Source: Dehalococcoidia bacterium (GTDB lineage: Bacteria > Chloroflexota > Dehalococcoidia > Bin125). Taken from it: 64,000 bases of DNA. The notes below the pieces were generated by a model that was given only the letters and a program-made list of their open reading frames with translations, had not been told where the DNA came from and did not search any database. The stretch covers positions 704,001 to 768,000 of the forward strand of contig CAXXSR010000001.1 in assembly GCA_963662615.2 (NCBI GenBank), written 5' to 3'. Each line of letters begins with the position of its first letter. Position 1 is the first letter of the stretch. A program made the translations under genes and the position numbers. Shown piece after piece: positions 10,086 to 19,303 of this stretch.

Positions 10086-10258
10086 CGCCTCCTCATGCGC
10101 GGAACGGTGACCCCATGCGAGCGGCCCGCCGTGGTCAGGATCCTGCGCCTGCGCGCCCCCGCCCGTTTCCCATCACGCGCGCTCGCCGTACGATCGATCG
10201 CAGCGGGCGCTCTGGTGGCGCGGTCAAATAAATACAGTCGCTCGCTGCGGAGACGGCA

Positions 10259-11545
10259 ATGAACCTCTGCGATGAAGCGTACGAACGCGCCCTGGAATCG
10301 TTGCGCGGCGCCATCACCGATCTCGGCTTCGTGGCCGCCGCGCAAGCGGATGGCCCCCGACGCCTCGGCACCTACGCCGCCGTCTGGGCCCGCGACGGCG
10401 TGATCACCGCCCTTTGGTCCCTGGAGACCGGAGAAAGCGACTTCGTCGCCTGCGGCCGGCGCACTCTGGAGGTGCTGGCCAGGCACCAGACCCACAGCGG
10501 GCAGATCCCCGCCAACGTCCAGCTCGCCGGCGAGCGCCCGGACTATTCCGGGCTGGGTGGCATCGCCAGCATCGACGCCGTGCTCTGGTTCGTGATCGGC
10601 GTTGCCCGCTTCGCCCACAGCGCGCACGATCAGGCCTTCGCCGAGCGCATGCTTCCGCACGCCGATCTCGCCATGCGCTGGCTGGGCGCCCACGACGCCA
10701 ACAACGACGGTCTGCTTGAACTGCCCGAAGCCTCCGACTGGATGGACCTCTTCCCCCGCTCCTACAACGTCCTCTTTGACGAGGTCCTGTGGTATCAGGC
10801 GCAACTGGACTACGGCGCCTTCCTCAACCACCTCGGGCTTGACGGCGCCATCAGCATCCAGCGCGCGGAGCGGACACGCGAACGGCTGCTGGAGGTGTTC
10901 TGGCCCACCTACACCGAAGCGGATTGGACCGCGCTCGGCAGCAGCGGCCGTCGCATTACGGGCGATCACCAGTACCTCCTCAGCTACGTCACGCCGTACG
11001 ATTTCTCCTGGCGCTGCGACGTCTACGCCAACCTGCTCGCTGCCCTCACCGGCCTCCTGGACGAGGCCAAACGCGAACGCCTCTACGGCTTCTTGTGGGG
11101 CGTCGGCATTGACCAGCCCTACCCGGTCCGGGTGCTCTATCCGCCTGTCCAGTCCGGCGCCGAGGACTGGAAGGACTACTTCATCCTCAACTTCCTCAAC
11201 CTGCCCTACCACTATCACAACGGCGGCGTCTGGCCCTTTATTGGTGGCTTGTGGGTCCGCTTCCTCTACCTGCTTGGCCGCACCGACCAGGCGGAGCGCG
11301 CACTCCAGAGCCTCGCCGAGGCCTGCCGCCAGGGGGTGCACGGGGAATGGGAGTTCAATGAATGGCTCCACGGCAAGACCGGCCGCCCCATGGGCAAGCC
11401 CCACCAAGCCTGGAGCGCGGCCGGCTACATCAAGGCCTATTTAGCCCTCAACGGGCGCAGCGCCCTGGAGGACTTTCTCCCCCTCGTGGAGCCGCGCGCT
11501 ACCGACAAGCGGCCCCCAGCGGGGGAAGTCCCCCCCGCATCGTGA
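10259..11545 (+). CDS. GH100-like / amylo-alpha-1,6-glucosidase-fold glycoside hydrolase (neutral invertase-like)
   Basis: VWARDG, DWMDLF, YHYHNGGVWPFIGG, FNEWLHGKTG...QAWSAAGY. Confidence 0.85.
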   Translation: MNLCDEAYERALESLRGAITDLGFVAAAQADGPRRLGTYAAVWARDGVITALWSLETGESDFVACGRRTLEVLARHQTHSGQIPANVQLAGERPDYSGLGGIASIDAVLWFVIGVARFAHSAHDQAFAERMLPHADLAMRWLGAHDANNDGLLELPEASDWMDLFPRSYNVLFDEVLWYQAQLDYGAFLNHLGLDGAISIQRAERTRERLLEVFWPTYTEADWTALGSSGRRITGDHQYLLSYVTPYDFSWRCDVYANLLAALTGLLDEAKRERLYGFLWGVGIDQPYPVRVLYPPVQSGAEDWKDYFILNFLNLPYHYHNGGVWPFIGGLWVRFLYLLGRTDQAERALQSLAEACRQGVHGEWEFNEWLHGKTGRPMGKPHQAWSAAGYIKAYLALNGRSALEDFLPLVEPRATDKRPPAGEVPPAS

Positions 11546-12353
11546 CCACGGCGCTCGCCGTCGCCTTCGCCCCGTCCAGCGCCGCCTGCTCGCCCCGCCC
11601 GCCCACCAGCCCGTCAATGAGTCCGGCGCTGAACGCATCGCCCGCACCCACGGTGTCTTTCACCTCAACATCGTCACCGCCGACGCTCCAGCGGCCCCCG
11701 TCGCGACGGTGCAGCTCCGCCCCGGCGCTTCCCTTCGTGACGCAGAGGTAGCGCAGTCGTGGCGCCGCCGCGAAGTACGCCGCCGGCTCGGCCGGCATGC
11801 CCAGCAGCTCCGCCACCTCCGTATATTCCTCGTCGTTGAGCTTGACCGCGGTCGCGCGCTCCAGCCCCCAGCGCAACACGCCGGCGCTGTAATGCGGCGG
11901 TCGCAGGTTGACGTCGAAGAAGCGCACGGCCTGAGAGGGGAAGTCCAGCAGCCGGCTCAGCGCCCGCTGCGACGTCGCCGCGCGGCAGGCCAGCGTGCCG
12001 TAATGGAGCACGTCGTGCGGCGGCCTCTCCGCCGGCCCCGCAATGGCGTCCCACGCCACCGGCGCCTGGATCGTGAAGTCGTGCCCGCCCTCCCGCAGGC
12101 GAATGCTCACTCGACCCGTGGGCAGCTCCGGATCGCCCTCTACCAAAGAGGAGTCCACGCCGCGCTCGCTCAGGGTGCGGCGAATCCTCTCCCCGTCGGC
12201 GTCGTCGCCCAGCCGCGTGATCAACTGCGCCTGCCAGCCCCGCGCCGCCAAGTGCACCGCTACGTGCAGAGGCGCCCCGGCGACCGCGCGACTGTCGGGA
12301 AATTCGTCAATGAGCGCCTCGCCGAAAAGGAGCGCGCGGCGCGCAGCGGTCAA
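11499..12353 (-). CDS. PfkB-family fructokinase
   Basis: FGEALID, AGAPLHVA, FDVNLRPP, KDTVGAGDAFSAG. Confidence 0.9.
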   Translation of the reverse strand: MTAARRALLFGEALIDEFPDSRAVAGAPLHVAVHLAARGWQAQLITRLGDDADGERIRRTLSERGVDSSLVEGDPELPTGRVSIRLREGGHDFTIQAPVAWDAIAGPAERPPHDVLHYGTLACRAATSQRALSRLLDFPSQAVRFFDVNLRPPHYSAGVLRWGLERATAVKLNDEEYTEVAELLGMPAEPAAYFAAAPRLRYLCVTKGSAGAELHRRDGGRWSVGGDDVEVKDTVGAGDAFSAGLIDGLVGGRGEQAALDGAKATASAVVTMRGGLPPLGAACR

Positions 12354-13666
12354 GAAACCGGCCCGCTCACCGCGGCGGCCGGGCGCTCCCTGGCATGACG
12401 CTCGGCCTCGCGCTCGAACAGCTCCAGCGTGCGCCCCGCGATCCCGGACCAGCCAAGCTCCCGCCGCGCGAACCGGGCGCCCTCTTCCGCCAGCCGCGCC
12501 CGCAGCTGCGGATAGCGCAGCGGCATCGCCAGCATCGCCGCGAACTCGTTCAGCCGCGTGGGGTCCGCGTAGAGGCCCGTCACCCCGAAGTCGATCATGT
12601 GGTGCAGGCCGCCGTGTACGGTGACGACGGCCGGCGTGCCGCAGGCCATCGCTTCCACCGCCGTCATCCCGAACGGCTCATACCGCGACGGCAGCGCAAA
12701 GGCGCCCGCTGCTCGGTAGTGCGCCGCCATCGCCTCATCTGGAACGTACCCGAGCCAGCGCACGTGGCTGCTCACTCCCAACTGCTCCGCCAGCGCCCGC
12801 CACTCCTCAACGAGGCGGCGGTCGGCCGGCGAGCCGGCTCCTGCGGCCAATTGCAGACGGGCGTCGCCCACCATCGCACGCAGCGGCGGCAGGGCGCGGA
12901 GGAGGAGGTCGAAGCCCTTGTTGGATGCGGCCCGGCCAATACAGTAGACGTCGTGCTCGCCAAAGCCCAAGCGCTCCCGCGCCGCCACTTCCCCGGCGAC
13001 CGCCCCTGCGACCGGGGCGTAACGCCGCTCGTCAATGCCCGGCGGGATCATCGTTGCCCGCTCTTCCGGCACGTCGTAGCGCGCGGTCAGCACCTCCACC
13101 TGCTCCGGCGACGTCGCGATCAACTGGTCGCAGCGCCGATAGACCAGGAACTCCTTGCGGATGCGCTCCTCAAAGCGAAACTCGCGTTCCAGCTCCGGCT
13201 TCGCTCCGCCCATCCCCTGCTGCTTCCACCAGCCCAGCGAGTGCGGCGTGTGGATGTGCGGGATCCGCAGCGCCTCGGCGATTCGCAGGCCCGCCCAGCC
13301 TGCGTCCCAATAGTGCGAATTGACCAAGTCGTAGCGGAGGCCGGCGTCGGCCGTCGCCGCAAGGAAGTTCGTCACGAACTCGCCAATGTGTTCGTGCATG
13401 TCCTCCTTGCGGATGAAGGCCGGCCCGCCGCAGGGGACCCGCCACACACGCAGGCCCGCCCCAGCGACGTCCACCGCCGCTTGCCCCTCGAAGCGGCGCG
13501 TGACGATGTCCACCTGATGGCCCCGCTCGGCCAGCCGCTTCCCCAGCTCCAGCACGAAGGTGACCTGCCCGCCCGTGTCCGGCTTGCCCAGCACCGGATC
13601 GGCCGCCACGTAGCCGTGCAGCGACAGCAGCAGGATCGATGCGGGCGATCCGTCCTCGCGCCTCAT
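12350..13666 (-). CDS. mfpsA: GT4 mannosylfructose-phosphate synthase-like (SPS superfamily)
   Basis: LHGYVAADPVLGKPDTGGQV, SHYWDAG, HTPHSLG, EPFGMTAVEAMACGTP. The N-terminal motif matches the MFPS type as recalled, not the HGLIRG...GRDADTGGQ of bacterial SPS. Confidence 0.75.
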   Translation of the reverse strand: MRREDGSPASILLLSLHGYVAADPVLGKPDTGGQVTFVLELGKRLAERGHQVDIVTRRFEGQAAVDVAGAGLRVWRVPCGGPAFIRKEDMHEHIGEFVTNFLAATADAGLRYDLVNSHYWDAGWAGLRIAEALRIPHIHTPHSLGWWKQQGMGGAKPELEREFRFEERIRKEFLVYRRCDQLIATSPEQVEVLTARYDVPEERATMIPPGIDERRYAPVAGAVAGEVAARERLGFGEHDVYCIGRAASNKGFDLLLRALPPLRAMVGDARLQLAAGAGSPADRRLVEEWRALAEQLGVSSHVRWLGYVPDEAMAAHYRAAGAFALPSRYEPFGMTAVEAMACGTPAVVTVHGGLHHMIDFGVTGLYADPTRLNEFAAMLAMPLRYPQLRARLAEEGARFARRELGWSGIAGRTLELFEREAERHARERPAAAVSGPVS

Positions 13667-13671
13667 CACTC

Positions 13672-14460
13672 TTAGTTCCTTTCGCCCGCCACGCCCCAAT
13701 GGGCCAGCCCCTCCAAGATCCCGTGGGCGTACGCCCGCCGCGCCAGATACACATGCTCCCCAGCGGAGGCGGCCCGCAACGCCGCCTGCGCGTTTCCCAC
13801 CACAATGCCGCGCCCCGCGGCTGCCAGCAGGTCCGTGTCGTTCTCCGAGTCGCCGGCCGCGATCAGACGTTCGCGCGGCACCGCCAGGGCGGCGGCCACG
13901 TACTCCGCGGCGACGCCTTTACCGGCACCCGGCGGGATCACGTCCAGATTCGTCTCTCTGGAATGAACGACTTGATGCGGCACCCCGGTCGCGGCGATCG
14001 CCGCTCGCGCCTCGCGCAGTGGCGCTCCCGCCGGCACAGTGAAGCTCGCTCTGAACACCGTCTGAAACTCCGCCGCGTGGGGCACGAACCCCAGCCGCTC
14101 CATCGCCCGGTCGATGGGGCCCCGGTCCCAGCCGTCAAACTGCGCCGCCCAGGCCACGATGGGCTCGCCCTGCAGTTCGATCTCCGTACCCAGCGCGCCG
14201 ATGATCGCCGCGGCATGCACCGGCGTCGGCAAGGACGCTAGACTCGCCCGCACGCTCGCGCAGGGCCGGCCGGAGGCCAGGGCAAGAAGGAGATCGGAGC
14301 GGCTCCGGATGAAGGTGACGAAGGCCGCCAAGCCGTCGTCATCCCCGAGCAGCGTATCGTCTACGTCGCTGACTAGGAGCGAAGTCGTGGACTCGTCGAG
14401 CTGGGCGACCGCGTGAGACGCCCCAGCCCCGCGGTGTGCCGCCAACGCCTTGGGTCGCAT
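13672..14460 (-). CDS. mfppA: HAD-IIB sucrose/mannosylfructose-phosphate phosphatase
   Basis: LLVSDVDDTLLGD, NLDVIPPGAGKG, AGDSENDTDL; directly upstream of the GT4 synthase. Confidence 0.75.
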   Translation of the reverse strand: MRPKALAAHRGAGASHAVAQLDESTTSLLVSDVDDTLLGDDDGLAAFVTFIRSRSDLLLALASGRPCASVRASLASLPTPVHAAAIIGALGTEIELQGEPIVAWAAQFDGWDRGPIDRAMERLGFVPHAAEFQTVFRASFTVPAGAPLREARAAIAATGVPHQVVHSRETNLDVIPPGAGKGVAAEYVAAALAVPRERLIAAGDSENDTDLLAAAGRGIVVGNAQAALRAASAGEHVYLARRAYAHGILEGLAHWGVAGERN

Positions 14461-14625
14461 CGCACCATAAGATAACATTCCCGTTCGCGCCTGTGTGTGT
14501 CGGCGACCCCTTGACGGGCACGGCGAAGGGCACGGCGGAGGGCAAGGCACGTGGGCCTGCCAGATCGCCAACCAACTGACTGGAAATCGCGATACGGGTG
14601 ACGGCGCGGCGCCAGCGACGCTCCC

Positions 14626-15585
14626 TCAGGCGGCGGTGCCGTTCATCGCCAGGTCATCCAAGAGGCGCGAGATGCTGCCGCTGGCCACCGCCACGCGACT
14701 GTCGCCCGCGCCGTAGTAGAGGCGCAGCGTGTCGCCGTCCTCGCCCACGGTGACGCCGCAGGGGAACACCACGTTCTTCACGTCGCCGCTTCGTTCGTAA
14801 TCGGCGTCTGGCTCCAGCACCCAGCCGCGGCGGCGGCGCAGGCAGCGGCTCGGATCGTCCCGATCAAGGAGCGCTACCCCCACCCGGTATACCAACGAGC
14901 CGTTGCTCCCGCCCACGCCGTGGTAGAGCAGCAGCCAGCCGGCCTCCGTCTCGATAGGCGGCGGCCCGCTCCCGATCTTCTGGTGGTCCCAAGAGCCGCC
15001 ATTGCGACGGCACAGCACAGGCCGGTGGTCCGACCATTGGCGCAGATCCTCCGAGTACGACACCCAGATGTCGCCGCTATCCTGAATCATGGGCCGGTGC
15101 AGCAACGCCCAGCGCCCGTTCACCCGCCGCGGCAGCAGCACCGCGTTCTTGTTCGGCGGCGGGAGGATGACCCCATAGCGCTGGAAGAGGCGGAAGTCGT
15201 CCGTCAGCGCCAGCCCCACGCAGGGGCCGTGCGACGAATACGCTGTGTAGGTGACCGCGTAGCAGCCCAACTCCGGCAGCCAAACCACGCGCGGGTCCTC
15301 AATCCCCAGCGCCTCCAACGGGTAGCGCTCCGGCTCCGGCGTCAGTGCCGGCGACGGCTCCACTTGCGACCCATCCAGCCCATTGACGGACCGCGCGCCC
15401 CAGAGCTGGGAACGCATCTCGTGGTCCACGGCTCGGCAAAGCAGGTACGTCTCGCCACCGGGGAGCAGGGCCGCGCCGGGGTTGAAGACGCTGCGGATCG
15501 AGATCGGCCAGTCACCCGCCGTCAGCACCGGATTCCCCTGGTGCCGCGCGAACAGCCCGTTGCCCTGGCCGTTGTTGCTGCTCAT
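14626..15585 (-). CDS. GH130 beta-mannoside phosphorylase/mannosidase-like
   Basis: VFNPGA, GIEDPRV, NKNAVLLP, KIGSGPPPI, GDVKNVVFPCG, YYGAGD. Confidence 0.88.
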   Translation of the reverse strand: MSSNNGQGNGLFARHQGNPVLTAGDWPISIRSVFNPGAALLPGGETYLLCRAVDHEMRSQLWGARSVNGLDGSQVEPSPALTPEPERYPLEALGIEDPRVVWLPELGCYAVTYTAYSSHGPCVGLALTDDFRLFQRYGVILPPPNKNAVLLPRRVNGRWALLHRPMIQDSGDIWVSYSEDLRQWSDHRPVLCRRNGGSWDHQKIGSGPPPIETEAGWLLLYHGVGGSNGSLVYRVGVALLDRDDPSRCLRRRRGWVLEPDADYERSGDVKNVVFPCGVTVGEDGDTLRLYYGAGDSRVAVASGSISRLLDDLAMNGTAA

Positions 15586-16223
15586 GGCGCTCTACTTTAT
15601 GTTAACGCGCTTTCGGATTCCCATACACCATCTGGGCGACATCCGCCCGGCGATATTCGCCTCCACTATCGGCACGCCAAGTGGGGGATTCCATCGAGAG
15701 CTTCCCTATCACGCGGCCTCTCTCCCCTACGTAGACGCAACGCCGTGGCGCCTGTGACGGCTCCATGAGCGTCGATTGGCTCCCTGATTTCGGCCTGGCC
15801 GGAGGCGCCAGCGCCCGTCGCCAGTGTGGCCGGCTTCCGTGCGCGAACGGGGCGGTCCCAGCGCCGGAGGGGGAAGGGCTCCAGGTTGGCGGCAGCCGGC
15901 CGACGGCTGATCCCTGGCGGCAGCTTGGCGGAGGATCGCTGGGGGAGGGACGGCTCCGGGGGCGGATGGCCGCCGCGAGACCTCTCGGTCGCGTGCAGTC
16001 AGCGGATCGACGAAATCCTGCCCGCGGAAAAACATGGCGGCGCACGCGGAACGCTCGTGCGTCACATGAGCCCCCTGATGAGCCGCCACCCAGAACCACT
16101 ACTATTGTCGGTGTCGTTTAGTCCATTGCGCAACTGCCGCCCCAAGACGTAACTTTCACCTAACGCGGCGGCTGCGGGGCTCCCAGCTCCGCTTCCGAAA
16201 TTCGTGACGAGCGGACGCCGAAT

Positions 16224-17567
16224 ATGACGATCGTGTATCGAGGCGCCGCCTCCGCGCGGACCCTCGCGACTGCTGGCTCAGGCGCTGCAGCTGGCTCAGG
16301 CGCTGCAACCGATCAGGCGCCCACTGTCGAGGTGTGGGACCGCGGGCGCGGCTCTCTGTTGCCCACGGCCATCCCCTCCCGCGTCGCCTTCATTAGCACC
16401 CGACTCCCGCGCAAGTGCGGCATCGCCACCTTCACGGCCGACCTGCAAGCCGCCCTGCGCGACGGCTACCCCAGCGTTGAACAGGTCGCCGTCGCTCTCA
16501 GCGAGTCGCCCGGCTCCTACGACTACCCCCCCGAAGTTCGCTTCGACCTCGCCCAGAACGACCCCGCCGCCTACCAGGGAGCCGCCGTTGCCCTCAACGC
16601 CGCTGCGCCCACTGTCGTCTCCCTCCAGCACGAGTTCGGCATCTTCGGCGGCGAAGCCGGCGCCTACGTCTTGCCCCTCATGCGCCGGTTGCAAGCGCCC
16701 GTGGTGGCGACGCTCCACAGCGTCTTGGAGGGGCCCACCCCCGCCCAGCATGACGCCCTCCGCGCCGTTGCCGCGCACGCCCACCGTGTCGTGGTAATGA
16801 GCCGCCGCGGCGCCTCGCTCCTCCAGTCCCACTACGGCCTGCCCGCCGACAAGATCGATCACATTCCCCACGGCATCCCCGACCTCCCCTTCCTGGAGTC
16901 GGCGCCGTACAAGCGCCGCCTTCACCTCAGTGAGCACCAAGTCCTGCTCACCTTCGGGCTTCTGGTACCCAACAAGGGCATTGAGAACGTCATCAAGGCG
17001 CTGCCGCAGATCGCCGCCCGCCATCCCCACGTGCTCTACTTGGTTGTTGGCGAAATGCACCCCGTGGAGCGACGGCGCGACGGCGAGGGCTACCGGCGCA
17101 GCCTCCTCGGCCTCGCGCGCTCACTGGGCGTGGAGGCGCACGTCCGCTTCCACGACCACTTCGTCACTGCGCCGGAGCTACGGGATTTCGTGGGCGCCGC
17201 CGACGTCTGCCTGACCCCTTACCGCGATCGCGACTATCCCACCTCGGGGCCGCTCAGCTACGCCGTCGGCGCCGGCAGGGCGACCATCTCCACACGCTAT
17301 TCGTACGCGGAGGAGCTCCTGGGCGACGGCGCCGGCGTTCTCGTCCCCTTCCAGGACCCGGCCGACATCGCCGCCCACACCATCCGACTGCTTGCCAATG
17401 ACCAGGAGCGCCTCGCCCTGGGGCGGCGCGCCTACGACCTCGGCCGCGGCATGACCTGGCCGGCGGTCGCGCGTCGCCAGATGGAGAGCTTCGGCCGGGC
17501 CCTGCAACTCCCCGCCACCGCGACCACCACCACCGGCACTGTCGAAGTCCCCGCCCTGCGGCACTGA
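16224..17567 (+). CDS. GT4 glycosyltransferase (putative mannosyltransferase)
   Basis: FISTRLPRKCGIATFT, QHEFGIFGG, TFGLLVPNKGIE, TSGPLSYAVGAG. Confidence 0.88.
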   Translation: MTIVYRGAASARTLATAGSGAAAGSGAATDQAPTVEVWDRGRGSLLPTAIPSRVAFISTRLPRKCGIATFTADLQAALRDGYPSVEQVAVALSESPGSYDYPPEVRFDLAQNDPAAYQGAAVALNAAAPTVVSLQHEFGIFGGEAGAYVLPLMRRLQAPVVATLHSVLEGPTPAQHDALRAVAAHAHRVVVMSRRGASLLQSHYGLPADKIDHIPHGIPDLPFLESAPYKRRLHLSEHQVLLTFGLLVPNKGIENVIKALPQIAARHPHVLYLVVGEMHPVERRRDGEGYRRSLLGLARSLGVEAHVRFHDHFVTAPELRDFVGAADVCLTPYRDRDYPTSGPLSYAVGAGRATISTRYSYAEELLGDGAGVLVPFQDPADIAAHTIRLLANDQERLALGRRAYDLGRGMTWPAVARRQMESFGRALQLPATATTTTGTVEVPALRH

Positions 17568-17604
17568 CCGGGCCCGCCTCAGCGCCCTGCCCTAGGCCAC
17601 AGCC

Positions 17605-17997
17605 CTAGGCGCTGGTGTCGTCGCTGGCGGAATCTTCGCGGTGGTAGTCGTCCTGCAGCCGCACCACGTCGTCCAGCTCGGGGCTGGACGCTTCCAGGAT
17701 CTCACTGTCTTCCAGCGCCTCCAGTCGATGGATCGTGCCCGGCGGGAGATCGATCACGTCACCGGGCCGCAGCTCCAGCTCCTCCAGCGCCTCGCTCGAC
17801 GTTCCCACCGTGAGCCGCAGCGCCCCCCGCTGCACGTACATCGTCTCGTGTTTCTGCTTGTGGTACTGCAGGCTGAGCCGCTGCCCTTTCTTCACCTCCA
17901 GGATCTTCCCCGCAAAGCGGTCACTCTCCGCGTAGATGATCTCGCGGCCCCACGGCTTCGCCGCCACGCGCGGCTTCGTCACTTGCACCGGTGACAT
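17605..17997 (-). CDS. Cupin, type II mannose-6-phosphate isomerase-like
   Basis: KPWGRE, RLSLQYHKQKHET, PPGTIHRL, ELDDVVRLQDDY; downstream of manB-manC. Confidence 0.8.
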   Translation of the reverse strand: MSPVQVTKPRVAAKPWGREIIYAESDRFAGKILEVKKGQRLSLQYHKQKHETMYVQRGALRLTVGTSSEALEELELRPGDVIDLPPGTIHRLEALEDSEILEASSPELDDVVRLQDDYHREDSASDDTSA

Positions 17998-18086
17998 AAC
18001 AACCCTCCATTCCTCCTTTGGCCGTGCATCGCGGCGCCGCCTGCTCCTCCCGCCGCGCCTCGCATGGATCGAACGCTCGCAGCGAC

Positions 18087-19184
18087 CTACGGGTCGCGAC
18101 GGCCCGGGTCAGAGCGGATGCCGCTGGCAGGACCGGCCGCCGCGGGCACCGTTGAATTGTGAGGGATCACTGCGTCCGTCAAGCTGGCCGCTGATCCCAC
18201 AACGGCGTCCTTCGCCAGAACACAACCGTCCACCCGCGCCGCCGCCTCTACCCGCACGCCGTCCCACAACACGCTGTCGCGAATCTCCGCGCCGCCGCCA
18301 ATCACGCAGTCGCGGCCGATAACCGCGGGGCCGCGCACCACTGCGCCCGCCTCGATCACGCTCCCTGCTCCCACCAGCAGTGGCCCCTCAAGGTGCGCGC
18401 CCGGCTCGACCGTGGCCCCCATGAGCAAAAAATCGCTCAGCGGCCACTCCAGATCCCGCCGACAGGGACCTACACCGGCCACGGCGTCCATGTTCGCGCG
18501 TCGGTACGCCGCCACCGATCCCACATCGAGCCAGTAGCCCTCATGCCGGAAGCCGTAGATCGACCGCCCCTCCGCGGCCAGCGCCGGAAACAGCGTCTCC
18601 TCCACGCGGCTGAAGGACGTCGCCGCCTCCGCCCCCAGCAGCGGCCGCGCGAACAGCCAGATGCCCGCGTTGATCCACCGCGACGGCGCCGACGCGGCCG
18701 GCGGTTTCTCCACGAAGTGGGTGATCCGGTCGGCGTCATCCAGTGCCACCACGCCGAACTCCGACGGATCCTCCACCTCCGACAGCCCGATCGTCAATTC
18801 CGCCTCCCGCGCCTCGTGGAACGCGATCAACGCGCCAATGTCCAGATCCGTGATGATGTCGCCGTTGATGACGAAGAACGGCGCGTCCCATCCCGCCGCG
18901 ATACTGGCGATGGCCCCGCCCGACCCCAGCGGCGTCTCCTCGTTGACGTAGCGCAGCTCCACTCCCAGCGCACGCCCATCCCCCAACGCCTCCTCAATGA
19001 CGTCGCCGGCGGCCGCGCCCGCCAGCGCGATCTCCGTCACGCCGGCCTCACGCAGATGCCCCAGCAGATGCGACAGCAGCGGCCTGTTGAGCACCGGCAC
19101 CAGCTGCTTGGGCGTCTTGAACGTCAGCGGTCGCAGCCGCGTCCCTTCCCCGCCCACCAGCAAGATTGCCCGCATTGACGTCAT
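18087..19184 (-). CDS. manC: Mannose-1-phosphate guanylyltransferase-like NDP-sugar synthase
   Basis: AILLVGGEGTRLRPLT...PKQLVPV, PLGSGGAI, FVEKPP, INAGIW, C-terminal left-handed beta-helix repeats. Confidence 0.8.
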   Translation of the reverse strand: MTSMRAILLVGGEGTRLRPLTFKTPKQLVPVLNRPLLSHLLGHLREAGVTEIALAGAAAGDVIEEALGDGRALGVELRYVNEETPLGSGGAIASIAAGWDAPFFVINGDIITDLDIGALIAFHEAREAELTIGLSEVEDPSEFGVVALDDADRITHFVEKPPAASAPSRWINAGIWLFARPLLGAEAATSFSRVEETLFPALAAEGRSIYGFRHEGYWLDVGSVAAYRRANMDAVAGVGPCRRDLEWPLSDFLLMGATVEPGAHLEGPLLVGAGSVIEAGAVVRGPAVIGRDCVIGGGAEIRDSVLWDGVRVEAAARVDGCVLAKDAVVGSAASLTDAVIPHNSTVPAAAGPASGIRSDPGRRDP

Positions 19185-19215
19185 CGTGAGCCCGCGTCTC
19201 TTCGCCGCTCCTCCG

Positions 19216-19273
19216 CCCCCGGCCGCCGCAGGCGGCCTCCTCCACCCCCGGCCGCCGCGGGCGGCCTCCTCCA
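19216..19273. repeat. Intergenic 29-bp direct repeat x2 containing a GGCCGCC-GCA-GGCGGCC hairpin
   Basis: Read directly between manB and manC. Confidence 0.8.
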
Positions 19274-19303
19274 CGGCGCAGCGACCTGCTGCCGGCGCTC
19301 AGC

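Noticed and set aside
15586-16223. Riboswitch or sRNA in the long GH130-GT4 spacer
   Set aside because: GC-rich stems are present but I recognise no aptamer consensus; an Infernal/Rfam scan would be needed.
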